A stretch of 64,000 nucleotides of DNA from Desulfotomaculum sp. (GTDB lineage Bacteria; Bacillota; Desulfotomaculia; Desulfotomaculales; Desulfohalotomaculaceae). The notes under the pieces are model-generated. The model did not search any database and was not told the DNA's origin. It worked only from the letters and a program-made list of their open reading frames with translations. Position 1 is the first letter of the stretch. Every line of letters begins with the position of its first letter. The stretch covers positions 700 through 64,699 of the forward strand of contig JACDOL010000002.1 of assembly GCA_017656165.1 (NCBI GenBank). The letters are read 5' to 3'. Made by a program: the position numbers and the translations under genes. Shown one piece after another: positions 30,322-38,560 of the stretch.

Positions 30322-30428
30322 TGTAGATAACAGCTAGCCAAGGTATTTACCGAAGAAAGCGGTAACCGGCAAATCCGGGTGTTTTCGGAGTGTAAATACC
30401 TTGGCGGTGATAAAACCTAAGGTTTTTC
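30322..30428 (+). repeat. Intergenic repeat family, copy 3 (hairpin form: module B, inverted core, module D)
   Basis: GCCAAGGTATTTAC (30337-30350) and its exact reverse complement GTAAATACCTTGGC (30392-30405) flank a 41-nt spacer. GGCGGTGATAAAACCTAAGGTTTTT follows. Confidence 0.8.
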
Positions 30429-30534
30429 CGCCCCGGGGAAATGATGGAAGGAATGTAATAATTAATAATAATAGGCCATATAATGGTAGTGCAGATTAAT
30501 TACCCCCAAATGGCCTCTGTCTGGAGGTCTAATA

Positions 30535-31458
30535 ATGACCAATGTAATTTATCTGGACGTGGTGCTGGCTGGCAATGTTGTTGTAAATTATGCAATTTTA
30601 TGGGTGACTGCTAAATTTACCAGGCTAACTCCCAGCCGCTGGAGGGTGCTGCTTGGTTCAGTGTTAGGGGCAGTATATGCCCTTACAGTTTTTATATCCC
30701 CGTGGCAGTGGCTTCTTTTTTGGTTTTGCAAGCTGTTAATATCTATTTTAATGCTGTTTTTAGTTTTTGCTCCTTTAACGTGGCGCCAATTTTTATTAGT
30801 ATTAGTATATTTTTATATTTTTTCTTTCGCCATGGGTGGAATTGTACTGGGCACAATATATTTTATACATTGGCAGGACAATAATTACTCCTTTTTATAT
30901 TTCACGGAACTAATAGGTAAATATTTCTGGTTGGGTATTACTTTGGCTCTTATAATTGTCCTGGCACTAGGATTTCTTGGATCTAATGCTTACCGCAGGA
31001 AAATGCTGCAAAAAAACTTTGAGGTACCTGTAACCATAGAAATGGATAATCAGAAAATTAAAATCAACGCCCTGCTTGATACGGGTAATTTGTTAAGTGA
31101 TCCCGTTACCGGCCTTCCAGTGATGGTTGTGGAATATGATGTTCTGAAAAAAATTCTGCCTAGTGGGATTTTAAGCTTTATTTTAAGCTTTTATGAAAAG
31201 AATAACAGCTTAAATGGTAATGATAGTGAATTATTTAGTTTCGGTTCTTGGAATAAACGCTTTAGTATAATACCTTTCAAGTCAGTAGGTAGGATAAACG
31301 GGGTTATGCTGGGAGTTAAGCCAGACAGGATAATTATTCATAGAGATGGGCAGTCAATTAAAAAAGAAGAAGTGCTGGTAGCTGTACATCATGGAAGTTT
31401 AGCTGCAGATAAAGGATATCGGGCTTTACTACACCCGGAACTGTTAGATGCAGCTTAA
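30535..31458 (+). CDS. spoIIGA: Sigma-E processing peptidase SpoIIGA
   Basis: Multi-TM N-terminal half and an aspartic protease motif LLDTGN, immediately upstream of sigE. Confidence 0.88.
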   Translation: MTNVIYLDVVLAGNVVVNYAILWVTAKFTRLTPSRWRVLLGSVLGAVYALTVFISPWQWLLFWFCKLLISILMLFLVFAPLTWRQFLLVLVYFYIFSFAMGGIVLGTIYFIHWQDNNYSFLYFTELIGKYFWLGITLALIIVLALGFLGSNAYRRKMLQKNFEVPVTIEMDNQKIKINALLDTGNLLSDPVTGLPVMVVEYDVLKKILPSGILSFILSFYEKNNSLNGNDSELFSFGSWNKRFSIIPFKSVGRINGVMLGVKPDRIIIHRDGQSIKKEEVLVAVHHGSLAADKGYRALLHPELLDAA

Positions 31459-31463
31459 TAAAA

Positions 31464-32213
31464 GTGTCTCAGGAAGGGGTTGGCATTTTGAGGAGCCTTA
31501 GCCATTTAAAGTTGGTAATGAAATTGACACTATCGCGCTTCCTGCAATGGTTAGGCCATGAACCTGAGGTGCACTATGTGGGCAGCAGTGAGGCGCTGCC
31601 TCCTCCCTTAACTGCAGACGAGGAAGTCAACTTAATTCAAAGGCTGGAACTGGGAGATGGGTCGGTAAAAAGTGTGTTGATAGAAAGGAATCTGCGCCTC
31701 GTTGTTTACATAGCACGAAAGTTTGAAAATACAGGTGTAGGAGTCGAAGATTTAGTTTCCATTGGAACTATCGGACTAATAAAAGCTGTTAATACTTTTG
31801 ATCCTAATAAGAAAATAAAATTGGCTACATATGCTTCACGATGTATAGAAAATGAAATATTGATGCATTTAAGGCGGAATAATAAAACAAAATCTGAAGT
31901 ATCTTTTGATGAACCTTTAAACATAGATTGGGACGGCAATGAACTGCTGCTCTCAGATGTTCTTGGAACGGAAAATGATGTTATTTATAAATATATTGAG
32001 GAAGAGGTGGATAAGAAACTCCTTCACCTGGCTCTGCAGAAGCTAAACGGCAGGGAAAGAAAAATAATGGAACTTCGTTTTGGATTAAATAATTGTGAAG
32101 AAAAAACACAAAAAGAAGTTGCTGACTTACTGGGTATTTCCCAATCTTACATATCAAGACTGGAAAAGAGGATAATAAAAAGGCTCAAGAAGGAAATACA
32201 CAGGATGGAGTAA
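31464..32213 (+). CDS. sigE: Sporulation sigma factor SigE (pro-sigma-E)
   Basis: Pro-sequence followed by [12 protein letters not shown], [19 protein letters not shown] and region 4. An alternative in-frame TTG start at 31488, after AGGAAGGGG, is plausible. Confidence 0.9.
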   Translation: MSQEGVGILRSLSHLKLVMKLTLSRFLQWLGHEPEVHYVGSSEALPPPLTADEEVNLIQRLELGDGSVKSVLIERNLRLVVYIARKFENTGVGVEDLVSIGTIGLIKAVNTFDPNKKIKLATYASRCIENEILMHLRRNNKTKSEVSFDEPLNIDWDGNELLLSDVLGTENDVIYKYIEEEVDKKLLHLALQKLNGRERKIMELRFGLNNCEEKTQKEVADLLGISQSYISRLEKRIIKRLKKEIHRME

Positions 32214-32231
32214 GGGCTGCTTTTTAGCCAT

Positions 32232-32261
32232 GTATAATTCAAAACTGCCAAGGTAATAATT
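32232..32261 (+). promoter_or_regulatory. Candidate forespore (sigma-F/G-type) promoter of sigG
   Basis: GTATA, a 15-nt spacer, then GGTAATAATT resembles the GyATA-N15-GGnnAnAhTr pattern of sigma-F-dependent promoters. It lies about 40 nt upstream of the sigG ATG. Confidence 0.5.
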
Positions 32262-32303
32262 GAATTAAGCAAGTGAATAAGGCTAAAAAGGTGGGGACCC
32301 AGT

Positions 32304-33077
32304 ATGCTGGTCAACAAAGTAGAATTATGCGGCGTAAACACATCGAAGCTTCCTGTACTGTCTAACACTGAAATGCGCAAATTATTTGAGGCCATGCACA
32401 ATGGGCAGCCTGAAGCGAGAAACCAGCTCATTAATGGAAACTTGAGGCTGGTTTTAAGTGTAATTCAAAGATTTACAAACCGTGGGGAATGTGTGGATGA
32501 TCTCTTTCAAGTGGGATGTATTGGTTTAATGAAGGCCATTGATAATTTTGACCTCACCCAAAATGTTAAGTTTTCTACCTATGCTGTACCAATGATTATT
32601 GGCGAGATAAGGCGCTACCTGAGGGATAATAATCCTATTAGAGTAAGCAGGTCGCTGAGAGATGTGGCATATAAGGCCCTGCAGGTTCGTGATTCTCTTG
32701 TTAATAAACACTCCCGTGAACCATCTATCAATGAAATCGCCAGCGCTTTAAACATACCCAGGGAAGAAATTGTTTTTGCTTTGGATGCTATCCAAGAACC
32801 AATATCACTATTTGAACCCATCTATCATGATGGTGGAGACCCGATTTTTGTTATGGACCAGATTAGTGATGAGAAAAGCCTGGATTTAAGTTGGTTGGAA
32901 GGGATAGCCATAAGAGATGCGTTAAGCCGATTAAGTGATAGGGAGAAACATATATTGACGCTTCGTTTTTTTGAAGGAAAAACCCAGATGGAAGTGGCTG
33001 AAGAAATAGGAATTTCACAGGCTCAAGTGTCAAGACTGGAAAAAGCAGCTTTAAATCATATGAAAAAACATGTATAA
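32304..33077 (+). CDS. sigG: Sporulation sigma factor SigG
   Basis: N-terminus NKVELCGVNTSKLPVLSNxEMRKLF is characteristic of SigG, and regions 2-4 are present. It is positioned after sigE. Confidence 0.9.
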   Translation: MLVNKVELCGVNTSKLPVLSNTEMRKLFEAMHNGQPEARNQLINGNLRLVLSVIQRFTNRGECVDDLFQVGCIGLMKAIDNFDLTQNVKFSTYAVPMIIGEIRRYLRDNNPIRVSRSLRDVAYKALQVRDSLVNKHSREPSINEIASALNIPREEIVFALDAIQEPISLFEPIYHDGGDPIFVMDQISDEKSLDLSWLEGIAIRDALSRLSDREKHILTLRFFEGKTQMEVAEEIGISQAQVSRLEKAALNHMKKHV

Positions 33078-33092
33078 CAAGGGTTGATAAAT

Positions 33093-33311
33093 ATGCGAAT
33101 CATTACTTGTGTTTTGTTTTTTGTGCTGGTTTGTACCGTAATTGTCTATCATGAGCAGGATATGGATGTGGTTAAAGCTTATAATTCAAATAATCTGATT
33201 AAAGTAAAAGCTGTAGCCGGAGGCAGCGTGAAAGGGGATAAAGTTCCAACTGCGGCAGGAACAGTTTCAACCATAAAAAGGAACAGTAAAAATACAAAAT
33301 GGGAAATTTGA
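33093..33311 (+). CDS. Small hypothetical protein with an N-terminal hydrophobic segment
   Basis: ATG 9 nt after AAGGG, a signal or TM-like N-terminus, and a terminator after it. No family recognised. Confidence 0.4.
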   Translation: MRIITCVLFFVLVCTVIVYHEQDMDVVKAYNSNNLIKVKAVAGGSVKGDKVPTAAGTVSTIKRNSKNTKWEI

Positions 33312-33340
33312 AGGGGCTCATAGTCTGAGCCCCTTTAGTT
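33311..33340 (+). terminator. Rho-independent terminator
   Basis: AGGGGCTCA-tagtc-TGAGCCCCT stem followed by TTAGTT. Confidence 0.6.
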
Positions 33341-33415
33341 CTCATAATAGATATATATTTTCACATGCAAAAAAAATACTTTCTCACATATACATTTTAT
33401 GGGGAGGTGCAAAAT

Positions 33416-33682
33416 GTGATAAAAATATCTGATTTGAGAAGCCGTGAAATTATTAACATAGTTGACGGGCGGCGTTTAGGAGTAATTAAAGATATAGATA
33501 TAGACCTGGAGCACGGAAAAATAAGTGCTTTGATATTACCTGGCACCGGCAGGGTTTTTGGTTTTCTGGGCCGTGAAGAAGAGTTTGTAGTACCCTGGGA
33601 AAAGATAGTTAAAATCGGCATGGATGTTATTCTAGTAGAAGTTAATGTAATGACCGACAACCGGAGAGATTTAATTAGATAG
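33416..33682 (+). CDS. PRC-barrel sporulation protein YlmC/YmxH family
   Basis: ISDLRxREIINIxDGRRLGxIxDIDIDLExGKIxALILPG is the family hallmark. GTG start 6 nt after GGGGAGGTG. Confidence 0.8.
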   Translation: MIKISDLRSREIINIVDGRRLGVIKDIDIDLEHGKISALILPGTGRVFGFLGREEEFVVPWEKIVKIGMDVILVEVNVMTDNRRDLIR

Positions 33683-33683
33683 A

Positions 33684-34708
33684 TTACACAAAATATTCAA
33701 CTCTTCCTTGTGGAAAAAGTTCACTAATAGAGTTGGAAAAGAAATCTTTAATTTCCTGCATTTTTTCCTTTGGGTAAACATACTTGCCGTACCCGAACTG
33801 TCCATATTTGAAAGTTCTCTTTTCCTCAGACATGTCAAGCTTTGTACTGGGAAATATTTCTGTAATAATCCCTTTAGCCCTTTTTGTAAAACGATGCGTT
33901 ATTAATTCAAAAGTAATGTCTGGTATGTTTTCAGGCAGCTTTTCTTTTAGTATGGAGAGCAGTTCAGCATATTGTTACTGCCATTTTTCTTTAATTATGA
34001 TAGGAGCAATTATGAATCCATGGGGATAACCAGCACGTGCTACCTTTCCAGCGGCTTCCAGCCTTTCAAGCATGCCGGGAGTGCCATGCTCGTATCTTTT
34101 TAATTACCTCGGCACTGTTAATGCTGAAGCGGAACCTAGTATGATTATTATGAGGGACTTTTAGCAGCGGTTCCACCCCGGTAAATTTGGTAACAAACCT
34201 GAACCTGGCTGACTCATGCTGACCCAAAAGTGATTGCTTTTTCCAGGGCGCCGGTATATGGTTCCAAGAGGACCGGATCTGATGTTGCTGCTCCTTCAAA
34301 AATGGTAATTTTGGGGTACCGTTCTTCCATGTACTTTAGGGCCCGTTCTAATATTTTTTCAATGTTAACATAAATGCGGACGTAAGGTTTTCTTCCCAGG
34401 TTAGTGGCTAAGTAGCAGTATTCACACTTTCCCGGGCAGCTTGTAACCAGGGGCAGTTGATAATGTGCCGATGGCTTACAGGTTTGAAAATCCTTACTGC
34501 GCCTAACCCCCACCACTAAGGTGCGCTTGCCTTCCATATAAGCTTTTTGGGGTGTCCTGCCGGGAATCCCTGTTACCCGGTTGTGAGAGGTAGTATTTTT
34601 AATTTCTATACCCATATTTTTAAACCGCTGTTTCAGTTTTTGACCCAGGGGATATTCCAGGGCTTCAGGTTCAAAATAAACTCTTTTGGGAATAAAAGTG
34701 TAATCCAT
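33684..34708 (-). pseudogene. splB: Spore photoproduct lyase (splB), disrupted by at least two frameshifts and one in-frame TAA
   Basis: The N-terminal frame carries the radical-SAM CPGKCEYCY motif and stops at 34214. The homologous sequence (ARFRFVTKF...TRFRFSIN) continues in a second frame, and the remainder (YEHGTPG...ITFELITHRFT...VEYFV) in a third. An in-frame TAA lies at 33975-33977. Confidence 0.75.
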
Positions 34709-34962
34709 TATTTTCACCTCTAAAACCCTTTATTGCTTTTTATATTTCCCCTTCTCATAGGAATGTAATCCTTTTAGTTTACAGGCAAATCCTGTATAAT
34801 GATTCCGGTGATGGATATGAATATCATTTTTTTTAAGACTGCCCTGCTTGCAGCTCCGCTTTTTGTATCTCATCATTATGCTTTTCATTATCAATCCCTT
34901 CATGTTTGAAAAAGCCTTTTTTTAACTACAGCAGGTATTTCTGGTTATAGTAGAAAAAAATC

Positions 34963-35014
34963 ATTGACTAACTAAATATTGTATATTAAAATGGATTCGC
35001 AACAACATATTGTG
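34963..35014 (+). promoter_or_regulatory. Candidate sigma-A promoter with two NrdR boxes upstream of nrdR
   Basis: TTGACT (34963-34968), a 17-nt spacer, then TAAAAT (34986-34991). The palindrome-like boxes ACTAAATATTGTAT (34970-34983) and ACAACATATTGTGT (35001-35014) have centres 31 bp apart. Confidence 0.6.
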
Positions 35015-35029
35015 TGCTGAGGTGATATT

Positions 35030-35482
35030 ATGCGCTGCCCATTTTGCGGGCACCCTAACAGCAGGGTGCTGGATTCTAGGCCGGCTGAAGAAGGACAAAC
35101 TATACGCAGGCGGCGGGAATGCAGTGAGTGTGAGAAGAGGTTTACTACATATGAGCGTGTATGTGAAGTGCCCCTGGTGGTGGTTAAAAAAGGCGGGCAA
35201 CGAGAGATGTTTAACCGCAATAAACTGCTCAGTGGTTTAATTAAAGCCTGTGAAAAGAGACCTGTTTCAGTAGAGAAATTAGAAAGATTTGTTTCAGAAA
35301 TAGAAAAAGAGCTTCGCAACAGGATGGAACCAGAAGTTAGCAGTTCCTTAATTGGTGAACTGGTTATGGATTGGCTTCGAGATGAAGATGAAGTGGCCTA
35401 TGTAAGGTTTGCATCAGTTTATCGCGAATTCCAGGATGTACAAAGCTTTATGCAGGAGCTGGAGAAGTTCCTAAAAAGATAA
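35030..35482 (+). CDS. nrdR: Transcriptional repressor NrdR
   Basis: MRCPFCGxxxSRVLDSR zinc ribbon plus an ATP-cone domain. Confidence 0.93.
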   Translation: MRCPFCGHPNSRVLDSRPAEEGQTIRRRRECSECEKRFTTYERVCEVPLVVVKKGGQREMFNRNKLLSGLIKACEKRPVSVEKLERFVSEIEKELRNRMEPEVSSSLIGELVMDWLRDEDEVAYVRFASVYREFQDVQSFMQELEKFLKR

Positions 35483-35537
35483 ATTTCTTTGTCATATTTT
35501 CCGTAGGAATTTAGTTTTAAGGTTAGGAGGCTTTATT

Positions 35538-37553
35538 ATGTTTAAAACTATTAGAAAAAGAGATGGGCGAGAAGTTCCTTTTGATGAGTCAAAGATAACT
35601 GAAGCTATTTTCAGAGCTGCCCAGGCGGTGGGCGGTGAAGATCGGGCGCTGGCCATGGAGCTAACATTGGAAGTACTAAAAATGTTAAAAGAAAAGTACA
35701 ACGGGAATATCTTTACGGTGGAGGATGTACAGGATGTTGTAGAAAAAGTACTGATTGAAAATGGCCATGCCCGGACGGCAAAGGCATATATTTTATACCG
35801 GGACAAGCGCACACGGATGCGTGAAACTAAGAGTGATTTAATGGATGCCGTAGAAGAAATATTAAAAGAAACCAGCAAGGAAAATGCCAATGTCAGCAAC
35901 TCACCGTCGGCTAAAATGCTTCAGATAGCCAGTGCTGCCAGTAAAAAATATTACTTAAGCAGGTTAATACCTGAAGAAATGGCCAATGCCCATATTAACG
36001 GCGATATACATATACATGACTTAGATTTTTACGGTAAAACTTTAACTTGCATCCAAATCCCTTTAGGTAGGCTGTTGAAGGAAGGGTTTAATACCGGTCA
36101 CGGGTATATTCGTCCACCCAAGCGCCCTACCTCAGCTGCTGCCCTTGCAGCCATTATCCTGCAGAGTTCTCAAAATGATATGCACGGCGGCCAATCCTTT
36201 GCCTTCTTTGACCGGGACATGGCTGAATTTGTAAAGGATGCCGATGACTTTGAAACATACCAGGCCATGGAGGCCCTGATATATAATTTAAATTCCATGC
36301 ACAGCCGTGCCGGTGCCCAGGTTCCTTTTTCATCTCTTAACCTAGGTACAGAAACTTCAGAAGCAGCTCGCCGTGTTACCCGCAATCTTTTGCTGGCGTA
36401 TGAGTCTGGTTTGGGACGGGGTGAAAACCCCATATTCCCTAATATTATCTTCCGATTGAAAAAAGGAGTTAATATGGAACCAGGTGATCCTAATTATGAC
36501 CTGTTTAAACTGGCACTGCGGGTTGCAGCTAAAAGATTAAATCCCACATTCAGTTTCATGGACAGCTCATTTAATAAAGAGTATGGGGACCAGGTTAGTT
36601 ATATGGGCTGCCGTACCAGGGTAATGGCCAACCGCAGGGGCCCTGCTGTTACCGACGGGCGGGGAAATCTGTCCTTTACAACTATTAATCTGCCGAGATT
36701 GGCTATTAAAGCTGACCGGGATATTAAGAAATTCTATCGTTTACTGAGCGATATGATGGATTTAGTTAAGCGCCAGCTGTACCACCGCTACGGGGTGCAG
36801 GCTAAATTAAAAGTGAAAGATATGCCTTTTGTTATGGGGCAGCATTTATATATGGGGTCGGAAAACTTAAAACCGGAAGATCCCATTGAAGAGGCAGTTA
36901 AACATGGAACCTTATCTATTGGTTTTATTGGATTAGCAGAAACTCTTACTGCTCTTATTGGTAAACACCACGGTCAGAGTGAAGAGGCTCAGGCGCTGGG
37001 CCAAGAGATTGTTGCTTTCATGCGTAAAAAGGTAGATGAGGCCTGTGAAGAATATGATTTGAACTTTACTTTTCTAGCTACGCCAGCAGAAGGATTATCC
37101 GGCAGATTTGTAAAGCTGGATCGTAAAGAGTTTGGTATTATCCCGGGAGTAACTAATAAGGAGTACTACACCAACTCTTTCCACGTTCCGGTGGATTATC
37201 CCATTGGTGCTTATGAGAAGTTAAACATTGAAGGGCCGTATCACAAGTACTGCAATGCAGGGCATATTAGTTATGTTGAGCTGCCCAGTGCACCTGTTCA
37301 TAACCTGGATGCAATGGAGTCCATTGTTAAATTTATGGGTAAGTCTGATATGGGATATGCTGGAATTAACTTTCCGGTAGATTTTTGTACCAGCTGCAGC
37401 CTGCTGGGAATAATTGAAGATGATACCTGCCCGCGCTGTGGATCAGCGTTTATACGTCGAGTAAGGCGGATTACCGGGTATTTAAGCACCACTGACCGGT
37501 TTAATGATGCTAAGCTGGCAGAATTAAAAGATCGTGTCAAACACCACCTGTAA
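35538..37553 (+). CDS. nrdD: Anaerobic ribonucleoside-triphosphate reductase NrdD (class III)
   Basis: N-terminal ATP-cone, a C-terminal Zn site (CxxC...CxxC) and the glycyl-radical motif RVRRITGY. Confidence 0.92.
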   Translation: MFKTIRKRDGREVPFDESKITEAIFRAAQAVGGEDRALAMELTLEVLKMLKEKYNGNIFTVEDVQDVVEKVLIENGHARTAKAYILYRDKRTRMRETKSDLMDAVEEILKETSKENANVSNSPSAKMLQIASAASKKYYLSRLIPEEMANAHINGDIHIHDLDFYGKTLTCIQIPLGRLLKEGFNTGHGYIRPPKRPTSAAALAAIILQSSQNDMHGGQSFAFFDRDMAEFVKDADDFETYQAMEALIYNLNSMHSRAGAQVPFSSLNLGTETSEAARRVTRNLLLAYESGLGRGENPIFPNIIFRLKKGVNMEPGDPNYDLFKLALRVAAKRLNPTFSFMDSSFNKEYGDQVSYMGCRTRVMANRRGPAVTDGRGNLSFTTINLPRLAIKADRDIKKFYRLLSDMMDLVKRQLYHRYGVQAKLKVKDMPFVMGQHLYMGSENLKPEDPIEEAVKHGTLSIGFIGLAETLTALIGKHHGQSEEAQALGQEIVAFMRKKVDEACEEYDLNFTFLATPAEGLSGRFVKLDRKEFGIIPGVTNKEYYTNSFHVPVDYPIGAYEKLNIEGPYHKYCNAGHISYVELPSAPVHNLDAMESIVKFMGKSDMGYAGINFPVDFCTSCSLLGIIEDDTCPRCGSAFIRRVRRITGYLSTTDRFNDAKLAELKDRVKHHL

Positions 37554-37566
37554 ATGGGAGGGTAAT

Positions 37567-38070
37567 ATGATTAAAGTTCGTGTGGCTGGTATAACTAGAG
37601 GCAGTGTGGTGGACGGCTTAGGGGTAAGAACAGTGGTGTTTTTCCAGGGGTGCCCTAGGCACTGTCCTGGCTGTCATAACCCGGGAACAATCCCCTTTGA
37701 AGGGGGGCGGGAGATGCCGGTAATTGAGCTGGTGCAGGAAATTTTAGATACCGTTACCCCTCTTACCAAGGGTATAACATTTTCCGGTGGTGAACCGCTG
37801 GCTCAACCGGAAGCATTACTGGAAACCATTAAAATGATCAAAGAAAAAAAACCTTCCTTAGATATTTGGACCTACACTGGATATACTTTTGAGGAGGTAA
37901 AACACCTTCCTGTACTGGAAATGATAGATGTTCTGGTGGATGGACCTTTTATAAAAGAGAAGAAGGATTTAGCACTGGCTTTTAGAGGGTCTTCTAATCA
38001 GAGGTTGATTGATGTACCTAAAACATTAGCTGCAGGCAGGGTGGTAGAACTGCAGCTAGAGACAGAGTAA
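37567..38070 (+). CDS. nrdG: Anaerobic ribonucleotide reductase activating protein NrdG (radical SAM)
   Basis: CPRHCPGC radical-SAM cluster motif. ATG 37567 after GGGAGGG. The ORF-track start at 37534 overlaps nrdD. Confidence 0.88.
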   Translation: MIKVRVAGITRGSVVDGLGVRTVVFFQGCPRHCPGCHNPGTIPFEGGREMPVIELVQEILDTVTPLTKGITFSGGEPLAQPEALLETIKMIKEKKPSLDIWTYTGYTFEEVKHLPVLEMIDVLVDGPFIKEKKDLALAFRGSSNQRLIDVPKTLAAGRVVELQLETE

Positions 38071-38120
38071 AAAGAACAAAATCTTCGCACTTTTCAAAGC
38101 ATAATAATTAACTAAGAGAT

Positions 38121-38158
38121 AAAAAAACCCGGGGCATGCTTTCTGCCCCGGGTTTTTA
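38121..38158. terminator. Bidirectional terminator between nrdG and the convergent zinc-ribbon gene
   Basis: AAAAAAACCCGGGGCA-tgctttc-TGCCCCGGGTTTTT, with A- and T-tracts on either side. Confidence 0.75.
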
Positions 38159-38377
38159 TCTGCATGCTGAACAGTTTGGTGATGTACAAGACTTGCAGCT
38201 GTCTCCCCTGCTGCCCCGCAGTGAATCGGCACTGTCAGCTCTAAAAGCAGACATTATCCTGTTGGGCTTTTCGGTACCGCACTTGGGGCAGGAAAGGTTT
38301 TTTCCTGTTTCTCCCAGCTGGCACAATTTTTCAAATTTATGATTGCATGACCGGCAGCGAAACTCGTATATAGGCAT
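38156..38377 (-). CDS. FmdB-family zinc-ribbon protein
   Basis: MPIYEFRCxxCxHxFE...CPKCG signature of the FmdB/CxxC_CxxC_SSSS family. Confidence 0.8.
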   Translation of the reverse strand: MPIYEFRCRSCNHKFEKLCQLGETGKNLSCPKCGTEKPNRIMSAFRADSADSLRGSRGDSCKSCTSPNCSACR

Positions 38378-38560
38378 AACAGGTTACCTCCTTTAGTCAT
38401 TATTAAAAATATCTGCTGTATAATCTAACAGCATAATTATAACATAAATATTTTTAACAAGTTACCTCAGCTTGATAATAGCTGTTTTTTTGTATGCTTA
38501 AGGTAGGTTTTTGCTGGTGAGTATGGAACAGTATATAAAAAGTTATGGGGGTGAATTTAT

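Noticed and set aside
30354-30367. A cre-like (CcpA) motif inside repeat module B. It reads AGAAAGCGGTAACC here and GAGAAAACGATAGCC in the other copies.
   Set aside because: The outer T and A positions of the WTGNAANCGNWNNCW consensus are mismatched in every copy. The resemblance is partial and cannot be evaluated without a PWM and background statistics.
32245-32262. CTGCCAAGGTAATAATTG upstream of sigG, considered as a possible ninth copy of the repeat core.
   Set aside because: Only the 9-mer GCCAAGGTA is shared. The sequence fits a sigma-F/G-type -10 (GGTAATAAT) with GTATA 15 nt upstream, so it is better explained as the sigG promoter.
33708-34029. The + strand ORFs 33708-33905 and 33784-34029.
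   Set aside because: They are antisense to the C-terminal part of the splB pseudogene, whose translation shows clear SplB-like sequence. They have no RBS.
35010-35240. A 76-aa ORF overlapping nrdR in another frame.
   Set aside because: nrdR in the 35030 frame has an unmistakable zinc-ribbon and ATP-cone sequence. The alternative frame has no support.
38136-38342. A 68-aa + strand ORF.
   Set aside because: It is antisense to the FmdB-family zinc-ribbon gene, which has a diagnostic MPIYEFRC...CPKCG signature. It also starts inside the bidirectional terminator.
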